Positions 36,486 through 50,065 are shown, numbered from the stretch's first letter. The stretch: DNA of 64,000 nucleotides from Scyliorhinus canicula (GCF_902713615.1 NC_052151.1:201837703-201901702), one strand, 5' to 3'. Made by a program: numbers and translations. Notes: a model not told the origin generated them from the letters alone.

Positions 36486-37804
36486 AGAGGTTTATTTACA
36501 GACGTATGAAAAGACAATGTACACAGGTCCCACGGCAGTGACTACCAGGCCCGGCTCACACTCGGGCCAGGTTTAAATGCTCTGGTTACCTCTCCCACTC
36601 GGAGGGGAAGTTCATACTCCACAAGATTCACTGGGACCCTAATCGGCTCAGCCCCGTGTGTCCTGTGTAGGTTACAACACAAAGAAAATTCAGAGAGAGA
36701 TAGAAAAGCACAAGTACTGAATAAAACCCACAGACTGATATGGAGAGAGCTAGGGAACTTCAGATGAACCATTTCCTGAACTCCATCTTCCTTCAGTATC
36801 AGGAGGGAGGAGTAGCACTGAGTGATTGGAGACAATCTCGGGGGAAGAATTGGGGATTTCTGGTGACGGTGGGACTGAAGAGACAGATCAGTCCTCAGAG
36901 GCCCTGTTCAGACCTTTCCCTGACCCTTTACTGAAATAGAGAATTGGGATGGGATTAAGTTGGGTCATGGGCCGGGGAGGCTTCACTCATTTCAGGGGTC
37001 AGAATTTGAGGTCAAGTTGTGCAACATGAATTCTCTGAGAGGCTGTCTTATATACAGAGAATTAGTAACGCCCTCTAGTGTTTGATTTACACATAATGTA
37101 ATTATTAACCCTTCACTAACCTGACGATATTCATATCATTACAGGTAGCACATTGGTTTGCACTGCTGTATTGCAGTGCCAGTGATAGAAACGTACATTT
37201 TGAGAAGAAATGATTTAGTGGCATTATAATATTAAAATCATGTATTAGCCATGACAGCAGAAAATGCTGAGAGCATGGGAAAGATCTGATAAGGAAGTCA
37301 GTGTTCAAACTGACTATCCATGTTGTAGAATAGACTCATTGTTATCATTACTGGGCAAACATCCCAGTTTTAGAAAACATGGTGGGAAACAGGTGGTTCG
37401 ATCGCACCATATTATAGAAACATAGAGACGTTTTCCCATGCCATATTATCTCTGAAAACTTGATAGACAGACATTTCAGTCAATTAGATGAATTATAATT
37501 ATTTTATTCGTTTCATTTTTGTATTGTGCATTTTGATCTGAAGAATTACCACAAACTGAATTGTATTTTGAATTCAACTCAACCATCTATATTTGGACAA
37601 ACAGCTGATACAGAGATGTATTAAAGGATTGTCCATTTAGTCTGAGATTGTGTCCTCTGGTTCTAGTTTTTCCTACAAGTGGAAACATCCTCTCCACATC
37701 CACTCTATCCAGGCCTCGCAATATCCTGTAAGTTTCATCCAGGCCTCGCAGTATTCTGTAAGTTTCAATAATATCCTTCCTCACCCTTCTAAACTCCAAT
37801 GAGC

Positions 37805-38090
37805 AATAATAATCTTTATTGTCACAAGTAGGCTTACATTAACACTGCAATGAAGTTACTGTGAAAAGCCCCTAGTCGCCACATTGTGACACCTGTTCGG
37901 GTACACAGAGGGAGAATTCAGAATGTCCAAATTATCTAACAGCACGCCTTTCGGGGCTTGTGAGAGGAAACCGGAAACCTACACAGACACAGGGATAACG
38001 TGCAGACTCTGCACAGACAATGACCCAAGCCGGGAATCGAACCTGGGACCCTGGCACAGTGAAGCAACAGTGTGCTACTGTGCCGCCACA
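37805..38090 (-). mobile_element. tRNA-derived SINE
   Basis: Reverse complement of the 1316-1606 subfamily. Confidence 0.8.
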
Positions 38091-41000
38091 CAGACCCAGA
38101 GTCCTCAACCGTTCTTCAGACAACAAGCTCTTCATTGCAGGGATCATTCTTGTGAACCTCCTCTGAAACCTTTCCAAGGCCAGCACGTCCTTTCTTAGAT
38201 ATGGGGCCCAAAACTGCTAAATACTCCAAATGGGGTCTGACCAGAGCCTTATTCAGCCCCAGAAGTACATCCCTGGTCTTGTATTCTAGCCCTCTTGACA
38301 TGAATGTTAACATTGCATTTGCCTTCCTAACTACCGACTGAACCTGCACGTTAACCTTAAGAGAATTGTGAACAAGGACTCCCAAGTCCCTTTGTGCTTC
38401 TGCTTTCCGAAGCATTCCCCCATTTAGAAAATAGTCTTATGCCTCCATTCCTCCTTCCAAAGTGCATAACCTCACACTTTTCCATATTGTATTCCATCCG
38501 CCACTTCTTTGCCCACTCTCCTAACTTGTCCAAATCCTTCTGCAACCTGCCTCCTTCCTCAATACCACTTGTCCCTCTACAGATCTTTGTATCATCTGCA
38601 AACTTAGCAACAGTGCCTTCAGTTCCTTCTTCCAGATCATTAATGTGTATTGTGAAAAGTTGTGGTCCCAGCACAGACCCCTGAGGCACAGCACTAGTCA
38701 CCGGCTGCCAGCCTGATAAAGACCCCTTTATCCCCATTCTCTGCTTTCTACCAGTCAGCCAAACCTCTATCCATGCCAGGATCTTACCCTGAACACCATG
38801 GACTCTTAACTTATTTAACAGTGTGGCACCTTTTCAAAGGCCTTTGGGAAATCTAAATAAATCACATCCACTGGTCCTTCTTTGTCTAACTTCCTTGTTA
38901 CCTCCTTAAATGACTCTAATAGATATGCCAGACATGACCTCCCCTTGACAAAGCCATGCTGACTCTATCCAATTTTATCATGCACTACCGCGATCTCATC
39001 TTTAATAATGGACTCTAAAATCTTACCAATGACCGAAGTCAGGCTAACCGGCCTATAATTTCCCATCTTCCCTCCCTCCATTCTTAAACAGTGGTGTTAC
39101 ATTAGCCACTTTCCAGTCCTCTGGGACCCTTCCTGCTTCCAGTGATTCCTGAAAGATGACCACCAATGCCTCCACAATCTCCTCAGCTATCTCTTTCAGA
39201 ACCCTGGGGTGTAGTCCATCCGGTCCAGGTGATTTATCCACCTTCAGACCTTTCCGTTTCCCCAGAACCTTCTCCTTAGTGATGGCCACTGCACTCACCT
39301 CTGCCCCCTGATTCTCCTGGAGCTCTGGCATCCCACTGGTGTCTTCCACCGTGATGACTGATGCAAAGTAACTTTTCCATTTGTCTGCCATTTCTTTGTT
39401 TCATGTCATTACTTCTCCAGCCACATTTTGTAGTGATCCAATGTCTATTTTTGCCTCTCTCTTACCTTTTATATATTGAAAAAAACTCTTCCTATCTTCT
39501 TTTATATTATGAGCTAGCTTGCACTCATATTTCATCTCTTCCTTTATTGCTTTTTTAGTTGTACTCTACTCGCTTTTAAAGGCTTACCAATCTTCTGGCT
39601 TCCTACTAATCCTCACCACTTTGTATGCTTTTTCTTCTGCTCTTATGCTGTCCTTGACTTCCCTCAGTAGCCATGGGCACCTTGGCCTCTCCTTAGCATG
39701 TTTCCTCCTCCTTGGGATGAATTTCTGTTGTGCTTCCTGGAAAACCCCCAAAAACTCCTGCCATTGCTGTTCCACTGTCTTCCCTGCTCGGCTCCTTTTC
39801 CAATCAACTCTGGCCAGCTCCTCCCTCATATCTTTGCAGTTACCTTTATTTAATTGTAATACCGTTACATCTGATTCCAGCTTCTCCCTCTCAAACTGCA
39901 GGATAAATTCTGCCATATTGTGGTCAGTGCTCCCTGAGGGTTCCTTCACTTTAAGTTCCCGAATCAAGTCTACCTCATTACACATCACCAAATCCAGAAT
40001 TGCCTGTTCCCTAGTAGGCTCTGTCAACAACCTGCTCCCTCAGGGTTCCATCACCTTACGTTCCTCAACTCTACCCACAGAGATTCTATGCCTTCTGATC
40101 CTATATCGCTTCCCTGCTATCAATTAAACTTCATTCCTTACTAACAATGCAACCCCTCCCCCTTTCCCCATCTGCCTGTCCGTTCGATAGTTCACGTATC
40201 CTTGTATATTTAGATCCCAGCCCTGATCCCCTTGCAGCCACGTCTTTGTGATGCCCAGAACAGCGTGCAGGCCAATTTCAATGTGTGCAGCAAGCTCATT
40301 TACCTTGATCCATACACTGCGCGCATTTAGGTACAACACCCTCAGTCCTGAATTGACCTCCCTTTTCACACTTGTCATGATTTTTGCTCTGCCTGAGGGT
40401 GATGTTGTTCTCTCATTTGTGTTCTCTAGTTCCCCTTCAGTTATTACACCTTCTAACCGCTCTGGTTCCACCCCCCCCCCCCCTTCCCCCCCCCCTCCTG
40501 CCATACCAGTGTAAATGCTCCCAAGTGAGTCTAGCAAACCTCCCAGCCAAGATATTGGTGCTCCTCCAGATTAGATGCAACCCCCGTCATTCTTGTACAG
40601 ATCCCATCTGCCCCAGAAGAGATCCCAATGGTCCAGAAATCTGAAACCCTCCTGTACCACCCAGTTTAGCCACGTCGCTAGCTGCACTATCCTTCTATTT
40701 CTAGCCTCACTGGCACGTGGTACAGGGAGTAATCCTGAGATTACAATCCTAGGGGTCCTGCTTTTTAGCTTACTGCCTAACTCCCTGAACGCCTTCTGCA
40801 GGACCTCATCACTCTTCCTGCCTATGTCTTTCGTACCTATGTGTGCTATGCCCACTGGCTGTTCACCCTCCCCCTTCAGGATGACCTGTGCTCGTTCAGA
40901 GGCATGCTTGACCCTGGCACCAGGGAGGCAACACACCATCCTGGAGTCTCACATCCACAGAAGTGCCTATCTGAGCCCCTTACTTTGGAGAGCCCTATAA

Positions 41001-41425
41001 CTATCGCTCTCCTGCACCAGGCCCTTCCCTGCTGAGCAACAGAGCCAGTTGTGGTGCCGCTGTTCTGGCTGCTGTTTTTTTCCACTGATTGGCTATCCCC
41101 CCAACAGTATCCAAAACGGTTTACCTGGTAGAGAGGAGAACAGCCATAGGGATTCCTCCACGGTCTGCCTGCCCTTTCTGGCAGTCACCCATTTGTCTGC
41201 CTGCACCTTGGGTGTGACCATGTCTCTATAACTCCTATCAATGACGCTTTCCGCCACCTGAATGCTCCTAAGTGCATTCAACTGCTGCTCCAACTGAACC
41301 ACGCGGTGTGCGAGGAGCTGTCATTGATTACATTTCCTACAGACGTAGTCAATCGGAAAGCTGGAAGCATCATTGATCTCCCACATCTCACAGTTAGAGC
41401 ACTGCATCCCGCTGAGTGACACTTA
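38090..41425 (-). mobile_element. Degraded near-full-length CR1 LINE
   Basis: ORF1 esterase (VCCLPGARV..IAHIGTKDIG..ISGLLPVPRASEARNRRI), ORF2 endonuclease (YLNARSVWIKVNEL) and RT pieces (DKSPGPDGLHPRVLKE; PQGSVLGPQLF..KFADDTK). Confidence 0.9.
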
Positions 41426-41689
41426 TGCACTAGTTAATAAATTCAAAATAAATACTTACATTGTTATTAGAAAAAGTTACAATTAACTATATTGCCCTGG
41501 CGCTAGACCTTTACTGTCAAACTAAATGCAAACTGCTAATCTCTGGCCTCAGGTTTAGTTACTCTTCTACCTAGTTCATTAATTAGATTTTCGAATGATT
41601 TTTTCCCCCCCAATTTAGCAGATTCCCTTCAAGCCGACCACGTCACATCTTTACTGTGATGTCACTTCAGTCCCCCCCCCCCCCCACTG

Positions 41690-44150
41690 CAAACCCCCTC
41701 CCCCCCCCTCCCCTCCTCCCCCCCCCCCCACCCCCACCCTGCCGGTCCTCTCGGAAATCCACCCAGTGCAGCGTGTGGTCAGAGACCCTGATTGCTGAAT
41801 ACTTAAAGTCAATCATCCTCACCAGCAAAGCCTTATGCAGCACAAAAAAGTCAATCCGGGAGGGCACCGTGTGCACATGGGAGATATACGAAAATTCCTT
41901 CATCTTCTGCGTCCCAAATTTCCACGGGTCCACCCTGCCCAACCCACTCCCCCCACACGTTGCATAAGCCCCTTCAGCTCCCTCGCCGCCACCAACACCT
42001 TCGCCAACCTTGGGCTCAACCCATTCAAGCATGGCTCAATAAACAAGTTAATATCCCCTCCCCATGATCAACTGGTGCAAATCCAGGTCTGGGATCTTCC
42101 CCAGCACCCGCCTCATAAAAGCCATCCCAATTCGGGGTATAAACGGTTATCAGGACCACCAGCATCCCCTCCAGCTTCCCACTCACCATCACAAAACACC
42201 CCCCCCCCCCCGCCCGAATCTGCCACAGTGTTCCCCACCTCGAAGCCCACCCGCTTATTCAGCAACACCACCACCCCCCATGACCATTCCTAGATGGAAC
42301 ACCTGCCTTGCCCATTGTTTCCTCAACCTTGTCTGGTCCCAACCTTTAAATACGTCTCTTATAAAAAGGTCATGTTCGCCTTCAGACACCTCCGGTGCGC
42401 GAACGCACATGACCGTTTGACTGGCCCATTCAGCTCCCTCACGTTCCATGTGACCAGCCTGCTCGGGAGGGCTCGCCACCTCCTTCCCCTGCCAATCGGC
42501 CATATTTCCTTTTTGGTCCCTCCGCGTCCCGAGTCACGCGACCCTCCAGGCCAACCCTCGGATGTCCACCCTCATTCCTTTTCCATATGGCCACAACAAT
42601 CTGGCCTGTGTCAGCACCCCTCCCCATTCCAAACAAAACAACAGCCGCAACCCCTCCCATACACCTACCTCCTGACCACCCCCCACTGTGTTCCTGTTAA
42701 CTAGCCTGCCCAGCTAGAATGGCAGCCCCTGCCCAAGGCCTCCAAACCTCCTACTCCCCCACCTCCACACTCCCCCAACAAAAAAACGGTCCACTCACCT
42801 TTGATGCTCCCAGACACTCCACCACCAAACCCGCCAAAAACATTTCAAAGGGGAAAAGGTTTTCCAAGAACAACAAAAATTCTCCTTACCAACTCCTCAA
42901 AAGTTCAGTGTCCTGCTTCTCCTGCCAATCCATTTCCCTCAGAACCTCCTGTCATAATATACACATCAGTGTATAATGGTGCATATACAGACACTGGCTG
43001 ACACACTGAATGACCAATCAACACACAGAACACAGCAGCCAATCACCAGACAGGACACGGCCACTACAAAGCCAGAGGGCACTAGTTTTCCCGCTCATTC
43101 GAGATGCAGCCTCTGAGACAGCCAGAGCTTGTGAGCAGCAACAGGAACATCCACCATGTGGCAGCAGGATAGTCTGGTCAGGTTAGCCTTAGGTCTCCAG
43201 TCAACTCAACAGTGTCAACCCACAGTGTAAGTATGTTTAACAGCTCATAGTTTAATAAAATAGAGTTGTACTTCTACAAGTGTTGGTAGCCTGTCTCTCT
43301 CACTGCTCTGGTAAACGCAGTCCTCGCAGACCCAGCTTACCCAACACATCACCTCCATCACTTCCTCTGGCGCACCAAAATAATATTCTCGCTTTGAGAA
43401 AGTCACCCAGAGGCGGGCCGGGTACAGCACTCCAAACTCCATCCCCTTCATGAAGAGGACAGCCTTGACCCAATTAAACCTGGCCCTCCTCTTCGCCAGA
43501 TCTGTGCCCAGGTCCTGATACACCCGCAGCTCGTTCCCCTCCGAGGTGCACTTCCTCATCTGCCTCGTCTGCAGTACAATCTCACCACCACCCTTGGTAG
43601 CTCGCCTGCCTGCGGCCTCCTCCTCAGTGCCCTGTGTGTTCGGTCGACCTCCAGAGGCCAGTCAAAGGCCCCACCAATGAGGCGAGCTGCTCCTCGTGCT
43701 CCCCCACCGCCTCCTCCACTTTCTGGATCATCTGGCCCTGGGACTCCAGCCTCTGCTCCACTCTCTCATTACCCTCTGTGAAGGGCTCTACCACCTTGGC
43801 CAGGTCCCCGAGGGCCATCTCCTTCTGCTGACTAAACTTATCATTTAAAAAGTCCACCAGCTGCTCCGTTGACCACTGGACGGGCAGAACAGGCCCTTTG
43901 CTCTCCGCCGTCTGAACCTGTGGCGCACCGCGAACACTCTCCCGCCCCAACAGCTCTTTCCTTCTTGCCCCACTCCTAGTTCGATGATTGATCCACCAAC
44001 CACAGCAGAGGGGCTATACCTTCCCCTGGCACTCCTGCAGCTCTTTCCATTCCGGAAAATACCTCCCATCAAACGGGGAAAGGACCAAAAGATTCCAGCT
44101 TGAGCGGGAGTTACCAAATATGCGACCGCTCGCTCCATGGCCGCCACCGG
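41690..44150 (-). mobile_element. L1-clade LINE 5' half (5'UTR, ORF1, endonuclease)
   Basis: Coiled-coil ORF1, ORF1 C-terminus (VYQDLG..LAKRRARF..GVLYPARL) and APE motifs (FSYISHVH..SRIDFF..SDH). Confidence 0.8.
42950..43351 (+). mobile_element. Solo LTR inserted in L1 ORF1
   Basis: TG...CA ends, TSD CCTCC (42945-42949 and 43352-43356), AATAAA at about 43254. Confidence 0.85.
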
Positions 44151-46009
44151 AAGTTCAGCATGCATTTTATAACCACCTATGTTTGCTGTGGAGAAATCTC
44201 ACGTTACGACATCCTGAACCAGTGTGTGGTTAATTCCAGTCCCACAGGCCCTGGAATCCCGACGCAAGTGAATTGACCAAATATGTTTATAAAATTCCCC
44301 AAATCTCTGGCCATTGGCAGCTCAATAATTGACAGTCACCAAGTCTGTAAACACAACTACTGTTTATTTGTAGCAGAAATTAAGCTGGAATATGCAGGGA
44401 TTACAACGGAATAGCGACAAGCACACCGAGCACCACCTTTAACGGCCCCACCCTCTACCCACACACACAAGGCAGACAAACACAGAGGGGTGGGAAGAGG
44501 TGAAAATAATAATGAATAAGGTAAAAAATAAAGACAAGTGTTTTGATGTTGGATTTTGGCAGCAGGCTGTCCACCCAGCATGCTCTTTGATCAAAGCTAT
44601 CAGTGTACAGTTGGTGATGGACCTCTGGCAGAAACAATGCTCACAGGCAGGAGGATTTCTTCTGCAGCCACACATTCACCTTTATTAAACTGGGTCTTCA
44701 ACTCAAAGGTCTACTTCTCTCTTAAGGTTCTTGGTCTCACATTAAACCCAGCTTCCAACCTGAGTTTTAATCTCAATCCATTGCAGTTTCAATAAATGAT
44801 ATCCAGCTTTACTGGGAAAAGAAATAAGATTTCTTACACAGGATTTCTTTCAGAGGGATTTCATCATATCAGAGAGAGAAAATCAGAGATGCTTCTTCCA
44901 TCTTCTGAACTGAAAACAAAACTAAAACAACCCAGGCTTACTGGAGAGAAGAAAAGATTCCAGTGAAGTCAGAACCGGTCACCACTGGCTATCAGCAAAG
45001 ACAGGCTTTTCGAGCACTTTCATTGGCCGCCAGCCAAGTCAGTCAAACTGAGTCATCACTGACCTCTCCAGCTTGAATTAAAGGGAAAGTCTTGTTTAAA
45101 GTCACAGGCCCATTAATCATCTATGGATAAAAATTGTAACGGCAAAATAAATAAAAGAAATAAAAGAAAGTGGAAGACAGGAAACAAACATGGTTTAAAC
45201 AGGAGGACCCATACACTCATAAAATCCTGTTTGAATAAGTTCTTCTGAACCAACCCATAGGTATGCCACAGCTCTCCAGAATTCACTTTGATTAAACCTC
45301 AATTTCCCACTTTGACACTTAGATTTCCAGAGATTTATCTGCCAGCAATAATTCCATTGCTGCCTTGCCCTGACAGTCTGCTGTTCCCCCAGTTTGCTCC
45401 CACAGCTTCTCGATCACACTCTTTAAGTTAACTATTCATACTGACTGCTCCTGCCGTAAGGCCACCTGTCTTTCACTGTGCGGGAAACTGGGGATTCCTG
45501 CCCCAGGATCCAGGCGATGCAATTATTTTATTTATTTTCCCCCCATAAATTCTCAATCAGGTTCAACCTGTGCAGGACCAAATCTGCAATTAGCTTTGGT
45601 CAGAAACTGCAGATCTATGAACCAGACGATTGTAGATGCCTCCAGCCCATCTTCATGGCTACCTGGCATGCTTTTGGATGTTCCAAATAGAAATGCAACT
45701 TAATTTTCTTACATTCAAAATAACCTCAGGATCTATGAAACTAATTGATTTAGGTAAGTGTGGACCTTCTAACTCCATTACAAACTTAGAAATGAGTCAT
45801 TCTTTGTTCAAATTTGCCGTTCTCCCTCTGACACAATAATGTAAACTCAGGTTACCTTATAACTGTAAATTAATCCAGATTTGTTTGATTTGCATTTACA
45901 TTGAGTGTTGTACATCAGTTTCTTAATCTTGCTTTCCTATTTATCCACATTAAAATAAATCCACTTCCTAAAACATGAATTACGAGACTACATATTCATT
46001 ACAGCATTC

Positions 46010-46970
46010 CTAATAAAACATAGAAAATAGGAGCAGGAGGAGGACATTACGCCCTTCAAGCCAGCGTTGCCATTCATTATGATCATGGCTGATCATCCAA
46101 TTCAATAGCTGAATCCTGTTTTCCCCTTCGCCCTATGTGCAATATCTAACTCCTTGAAAACATGCAATTTGTTGACCTCAACTCCTTCCTATGGTAACAA
46201 ATTCCACAGGCCGACCACTATCTGGGTGAAGAAATTTCTCCTCATCTCTGTCCTCAATGGTCCACCCCATATCCTCAGACTGAGAGCCCTGGTTCTGGAC
46301 AAACCTGCCATTGGGAACAGCCTTCCTGCGTCTACCCTGTCCCCATTGGGAACATCCTTCCTGCATCTACCCTGTCTCCATCGGGAACATCCTTCCTGCA
46401 TCTACCCTGTCTCCATCGGGAACATCCTTCCTGCATCTACCCTGTCCCCATCGGGAACATCCTTCCTGCATCTACCCTGTCCCCATCGGGAACATCCTTC
46501 CTGCATCTACCCTGTCCCCATTGGGAACATCCTTCCTGCATCTACCCTGTCTCCATCGGGAACATCCTTCCTGCATCTACCCTGTCTCCATCGGGAACAT
46601 CCTTCCTGCATCTACCCTGTCCCCATCGGGAACATCCTTCCTGCATCTACCCTGTCCCCATCGGGAACATCCTTCCTGCATCTACCCTGTCCCCATCGGG
46701 AACATCCTTCCTGCATCTACCCTGTCTCCATCGGGAACATCCTTCCTGCATCTACCCTGTCCCCATCGGGAACATCCTTCCTGCATCTACCCTGTCCCCA
46801 TCGGGAACATCCTTCCTGCATCTACCCTGTCCCCATCGGCAACATCCATCCTGCATCTACCTGTCCCCATCGGGAACATCCTTCCAGAATCTTCCCTGGC
46901 TTGTCCTCTTGGAATTTTATAGGTTTCTATGAGAGCCCCCCTCATTCTTCTTAACTCCAGTGAACACAAT
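46010..46970 (-). mobile_element. CR1 3' fragment containing a 35-bp minisatellite (46308-46882, about 16 units)
   Basis: SLELRRMRGALIETYKI..DRVDAGRLFPMAGLSRTR..FFTQIVV; unit CATCGGGAACATCCTTCCTGCATCTACCCTGTCCC. Confidence 0.9.
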
Positions 46971-47429
46971 CTATAATCGATTTGATCTCTGCTGCACTAT
47001 TTAATAAGTTGTGATAACAACTTGTCAGAGCACTAACCAGGAGCAATGTCATGGTGGATATATTAATTATGTGTTAAATAATTAGTGGTTTGATGCAGTA
47101 GTTTGAGGATGGAAGTCGGGCAAAAAGGCAAGTTCCAAGGTCAGTCAGAGCTTAATTGCAATCCATTGATTTGAAAATGCTTAATAATGCAGTAGCTAAC
47201 AGTAAAGGGGGAGGGAGATTGATTAGGTTATACGGTCGGATATCCAGAGGAAAATTATGGTTTACCTTTACTTTACTGAAAAGGCTTCGAGCACCTTTGA
47301 GGCATCAGACGTGGAGTATGACTGGTGGGATCTGGGATCTCCCTTAGGCACAGGGATTGTGCCATACTTACACTGTTCATGGCAGAGGGGCTCCAGGGAA
47401 GGTTACAGAAATAGGGAGGATTATAGGGG

Positions 47430-47690
47430 CAGCACGATAGCACAGTGGTTAGCACAATTGCTTCACAGCCCCAGGGTCCCAGGTTCGATTGGCTTGGGTC
47501 ATTGTCTGTGTGGAGTCTGCACGTCCTCCCCGTGTGTGCGTGGGTTTCCTCCGGGAGACCCTGGCACACCCTGGGTGTGGTTATGGGAATGGGGTGGAGG
47601 TGTGGGCTTGGGTAGGGTGCTCTTTCAAAGAGCCGGTGCAGACTTGATGGGCCGAATGGCCTCCTTCTGCACTGTAAATGCTATGATTCT
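47430..47690 (+). mobile_element. HE1-like SINE (another at 49435-49690, 5'-truncated)
   Basis: SINE head, core and tail as in the other copies. Confidence 0.8.
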
Positions 47691-47884
47691 ATAGAGGCTG
47701 GCCGTGGTTACACAACTGCACAGGTTTTTAGGAGCTTGAGAAGGATACGGAGATAGGGAGGGTTATATCTGCTGGAGAAGGTCACAGAGTTACGAAAGTT
47801 TGTCAGGGCTTGAGAAGGTTACAGAGATAGGAATGGTTTTACGGAGGTATGGAGGGTTGTATGGGCTGGGGGGGGTGGGGTGGG

Positions 47885-48130
47885 CGGAGGTCACAGCGAT
47901 AGTAAAGAGGTCATATTGGGATTTGACCAGGAGGGTGAGTGAATTGGACTGGGAGACAATGTAGACCAGCGAGCACAGGGGGCGACAGGTGAATGGTTCT
48001 TGATGTGAGTTTGGGACATGGGGACAGCAGAGTTTTGGATGAACTGATGTTTACAGGAGGTGGCAGACGGGAGACCAGCTGGGGGAGCTTTGGAATAGTC
48101 GAGTCTGGGACTCAATGTCCACGGGTTGGA
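47885..48130 (-). mobile_element. L2 ORF2 3' remnant (paralog of 29890-30010)
   Basis: RLDYSKAPPAGLPSAT..QFIQNSA resembles the L2 motif RLDYCNSLLAGLP..LQLVQNSA. Confidence 0.7.
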
Positions 48131-48556
48131 GTTTCAGCAGCCGAGTCACTTCAAAGATTGGGGAAAATCCTCTATTTCAATGATCGGCCCAGATTGAACA
48201 ACACGGAGAAGATGACCCCCAGTCCACTCTACGCCCGGGTCATTCAGAGCCGTGAAATTCAGTCTGTGTGAAGATTGCAGTGAGCACACATCAGGAAAAT
48301 CTGAGATCTCTCTTCCTGAATATGGGATATTCCCTCTTTCTGTCATTCTCAATCTTGTCACGGGGCTGAAAGTCAGCCTCACGTTGGCTGCAGCTGGGAT
48401 CTTGCTGTGCATGGCTGGGTGTTTTGTGATTTTTCCCATTGGGGTAACAGTGGACTGCGCTCTGAAAACAGCCTGGGACAGTTTGAGATAGTTCCTGAGA
48501 CAGCTGGAACACTCCCTTCACTCCTTTCACCTCCTCAATACGCGTCCTCCATCTCT

Positions 48557-48603
48557 TCATCCATCCAGCTCAGAGAGAGGTCCCTCTGTCCCTCCACGCA
48601 GCT
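48557..48603 (-). CDS. Putative alternative/ancestral last exon of gene B (QLRGGTEGPLSELDG*)
   Basis: Acceptor gactccctcacag is conserved in the paralogous copy (exon start 30270). It is in phase 1 with a repaired exon-4 donor, but that donor is disrupted in this sequence. Confidence 0.4.
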
Positions 48604-50065
48604 CTGTGAGGGAGTCAGGAATCACAATGTCAGCACAGAGGAGAGGGAGAGAACAGGAGAGGGAGAGGGAAGGGGAGGGGAGGGTGAGGAGGGAGAGGGA
48701 GGGATAGGGGAAGGAAGAGAGGGGAGGGAGAGGAGATGAAAGGGGAGGGAGTGCAGAGGGAGGAGATGATGGGAGGGAGAGGGTGCGGGAGGGAAGTGAA
48801 GGGAGATTTGAGAGGAGGGAAAGTTGAGGGAAAGGGAGGTGAAGGAGAGAATGGGGAAAGACGTTTTGAAGGAACAGGAGGAGAGCAAGGGAGAGGTGAG
48901 GAAAGTGACAGAGACAGGAGGGTGAGGGAGATGGGAAGGGGAGGGAATGGAAGAGAATGTGGAGTGGAGGGTCAATGGAGGAGGGCGCAGGAGGGGGGGA
49001 TGGATTGCAGGAAGTGAAGAAGATTTTAAATGAAGGGAGGTGGGGGAGGGGGATATGAGTCTACGGAAGGAGTCACCAACCTTTCCGAGTTTGCATCCAC
49101 GTTCTCCGACCCCGCAACTGGGTGCCTGAGAGAGGGCAGAGAGAAGGAGGGAGATCAGTGAGCTGACACAGTGCTGGATCCTAATCTCTATCGGTCTGTT
49201 TCTTCTCTTCATTGTCCTCTCTCTCCGTCACTCTACCTTCAATCTCCCTCTCACCCTACTTCTCATTCATTCTCTCTCCCATTCCATCTCACCACGCCAC
49301 ACTCATTCATTATCTCTCTCTCTTACTACCCCCACCGCTCGTCCTCTTTGCTGTGTCTCTCAACCCTGCCTCTCTCAACCACTTCTCTCTCACATTCTTT
49401 TCTCTCTGTCTGTTTCTCACTCTCTCTCCTTCCCCATGTCTGCGTGGGTTTCCTCGGGGTGCTCCAGTTTCCTGCCAAAGCCCAAAGGTGTGAAGAACAG
49501 TTGGATTGACCATCCTAAATTGCCCCTTAGTGTCCAAAGATATGGAGGTTGGGTAGATTGGTTATCTTGTGTCTCAGGACGTGCAGTTTTGGTGGGTTGC
49601 GGGGTTGTTCGATAGTTCGGGGGAGGGGGCCGAGATAGGGTCGGTACAGGGTTGTTGAGTCGAATGGCCTCATTCTGCACTGTAGGGGTTCTGTAGATTC
49701 TCTCTGTCACTTTTCCCCTCAATCACAGCCTCTCTTTTGTGGTCTTTCTCTCTCTTTCTGTCTCCTGCCCACTCATTCTTTCTCTCATTCTCTCCTCTCT
49801 CACTCAATGCATCGCTCAAATTGTCTCCCACCCTGGCTCTCGCAATCTCTCTCTCTTTCTTTAACTCTTTCAATTATTGGCCCTCTTTCTCTTCCAATCT
49901 CCCTCCCTCTCTTTTCTCCAACTCTACCTCCCTTTACCTCTCTCTCTGTCTCGCTCTGTCTCATTCTCTATTTGTCTCTCTTTCTCCATCACTCTGTCTC
50001 CATCATAATATCTAGGAATATTGAACATTAACACTCAGTACAATTCAGAAATGATGTCTGAATAC

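Larger units (their letters stand above)
29880..36990 (-). pseudogene. Gutted third SLAM-like paralog (gene C)
   Basis: Leader pseudo-exon 36732-36786 reads MEFRKWFI*SSLALSISV with a GTGGGT donor. 36690-36990 and 35683-35730 match gene B 61540-61890; 29880-30300 and 34952-35680 match gene B 3' region 47890-49310. No V, C2 or TM exons lie between these blocks. Confidence 0.72.

Noticed and set aside
44357-44675. Hydrophobic ORF as a candidate TM exon for gene B
   Set aside because: No convincing splice sites, it lies in an LTR-like AT-rich block, and a well-formed phase-matched TM exon exists at 50066-50175.
44160-45900. Possible ERV-like LTR (also about 23280-25070 and 25900-26871)
   Set aside because: The composition is LTR-like, but I could not find matching TSDs or a second copy, so it is not called.
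48252-48560. Conserved-looking ORFs in the 30.0-30.2 kb and 48.3-48.6 kb paralogous blocks (possible TM, cytokine, interferon or TRIM fragment)
   Set aside because: Similarity appears in frames on both strands, with indels and stops, and I recognise no family motif. It is best explained as duplicated 3' exon/UTR sequence.
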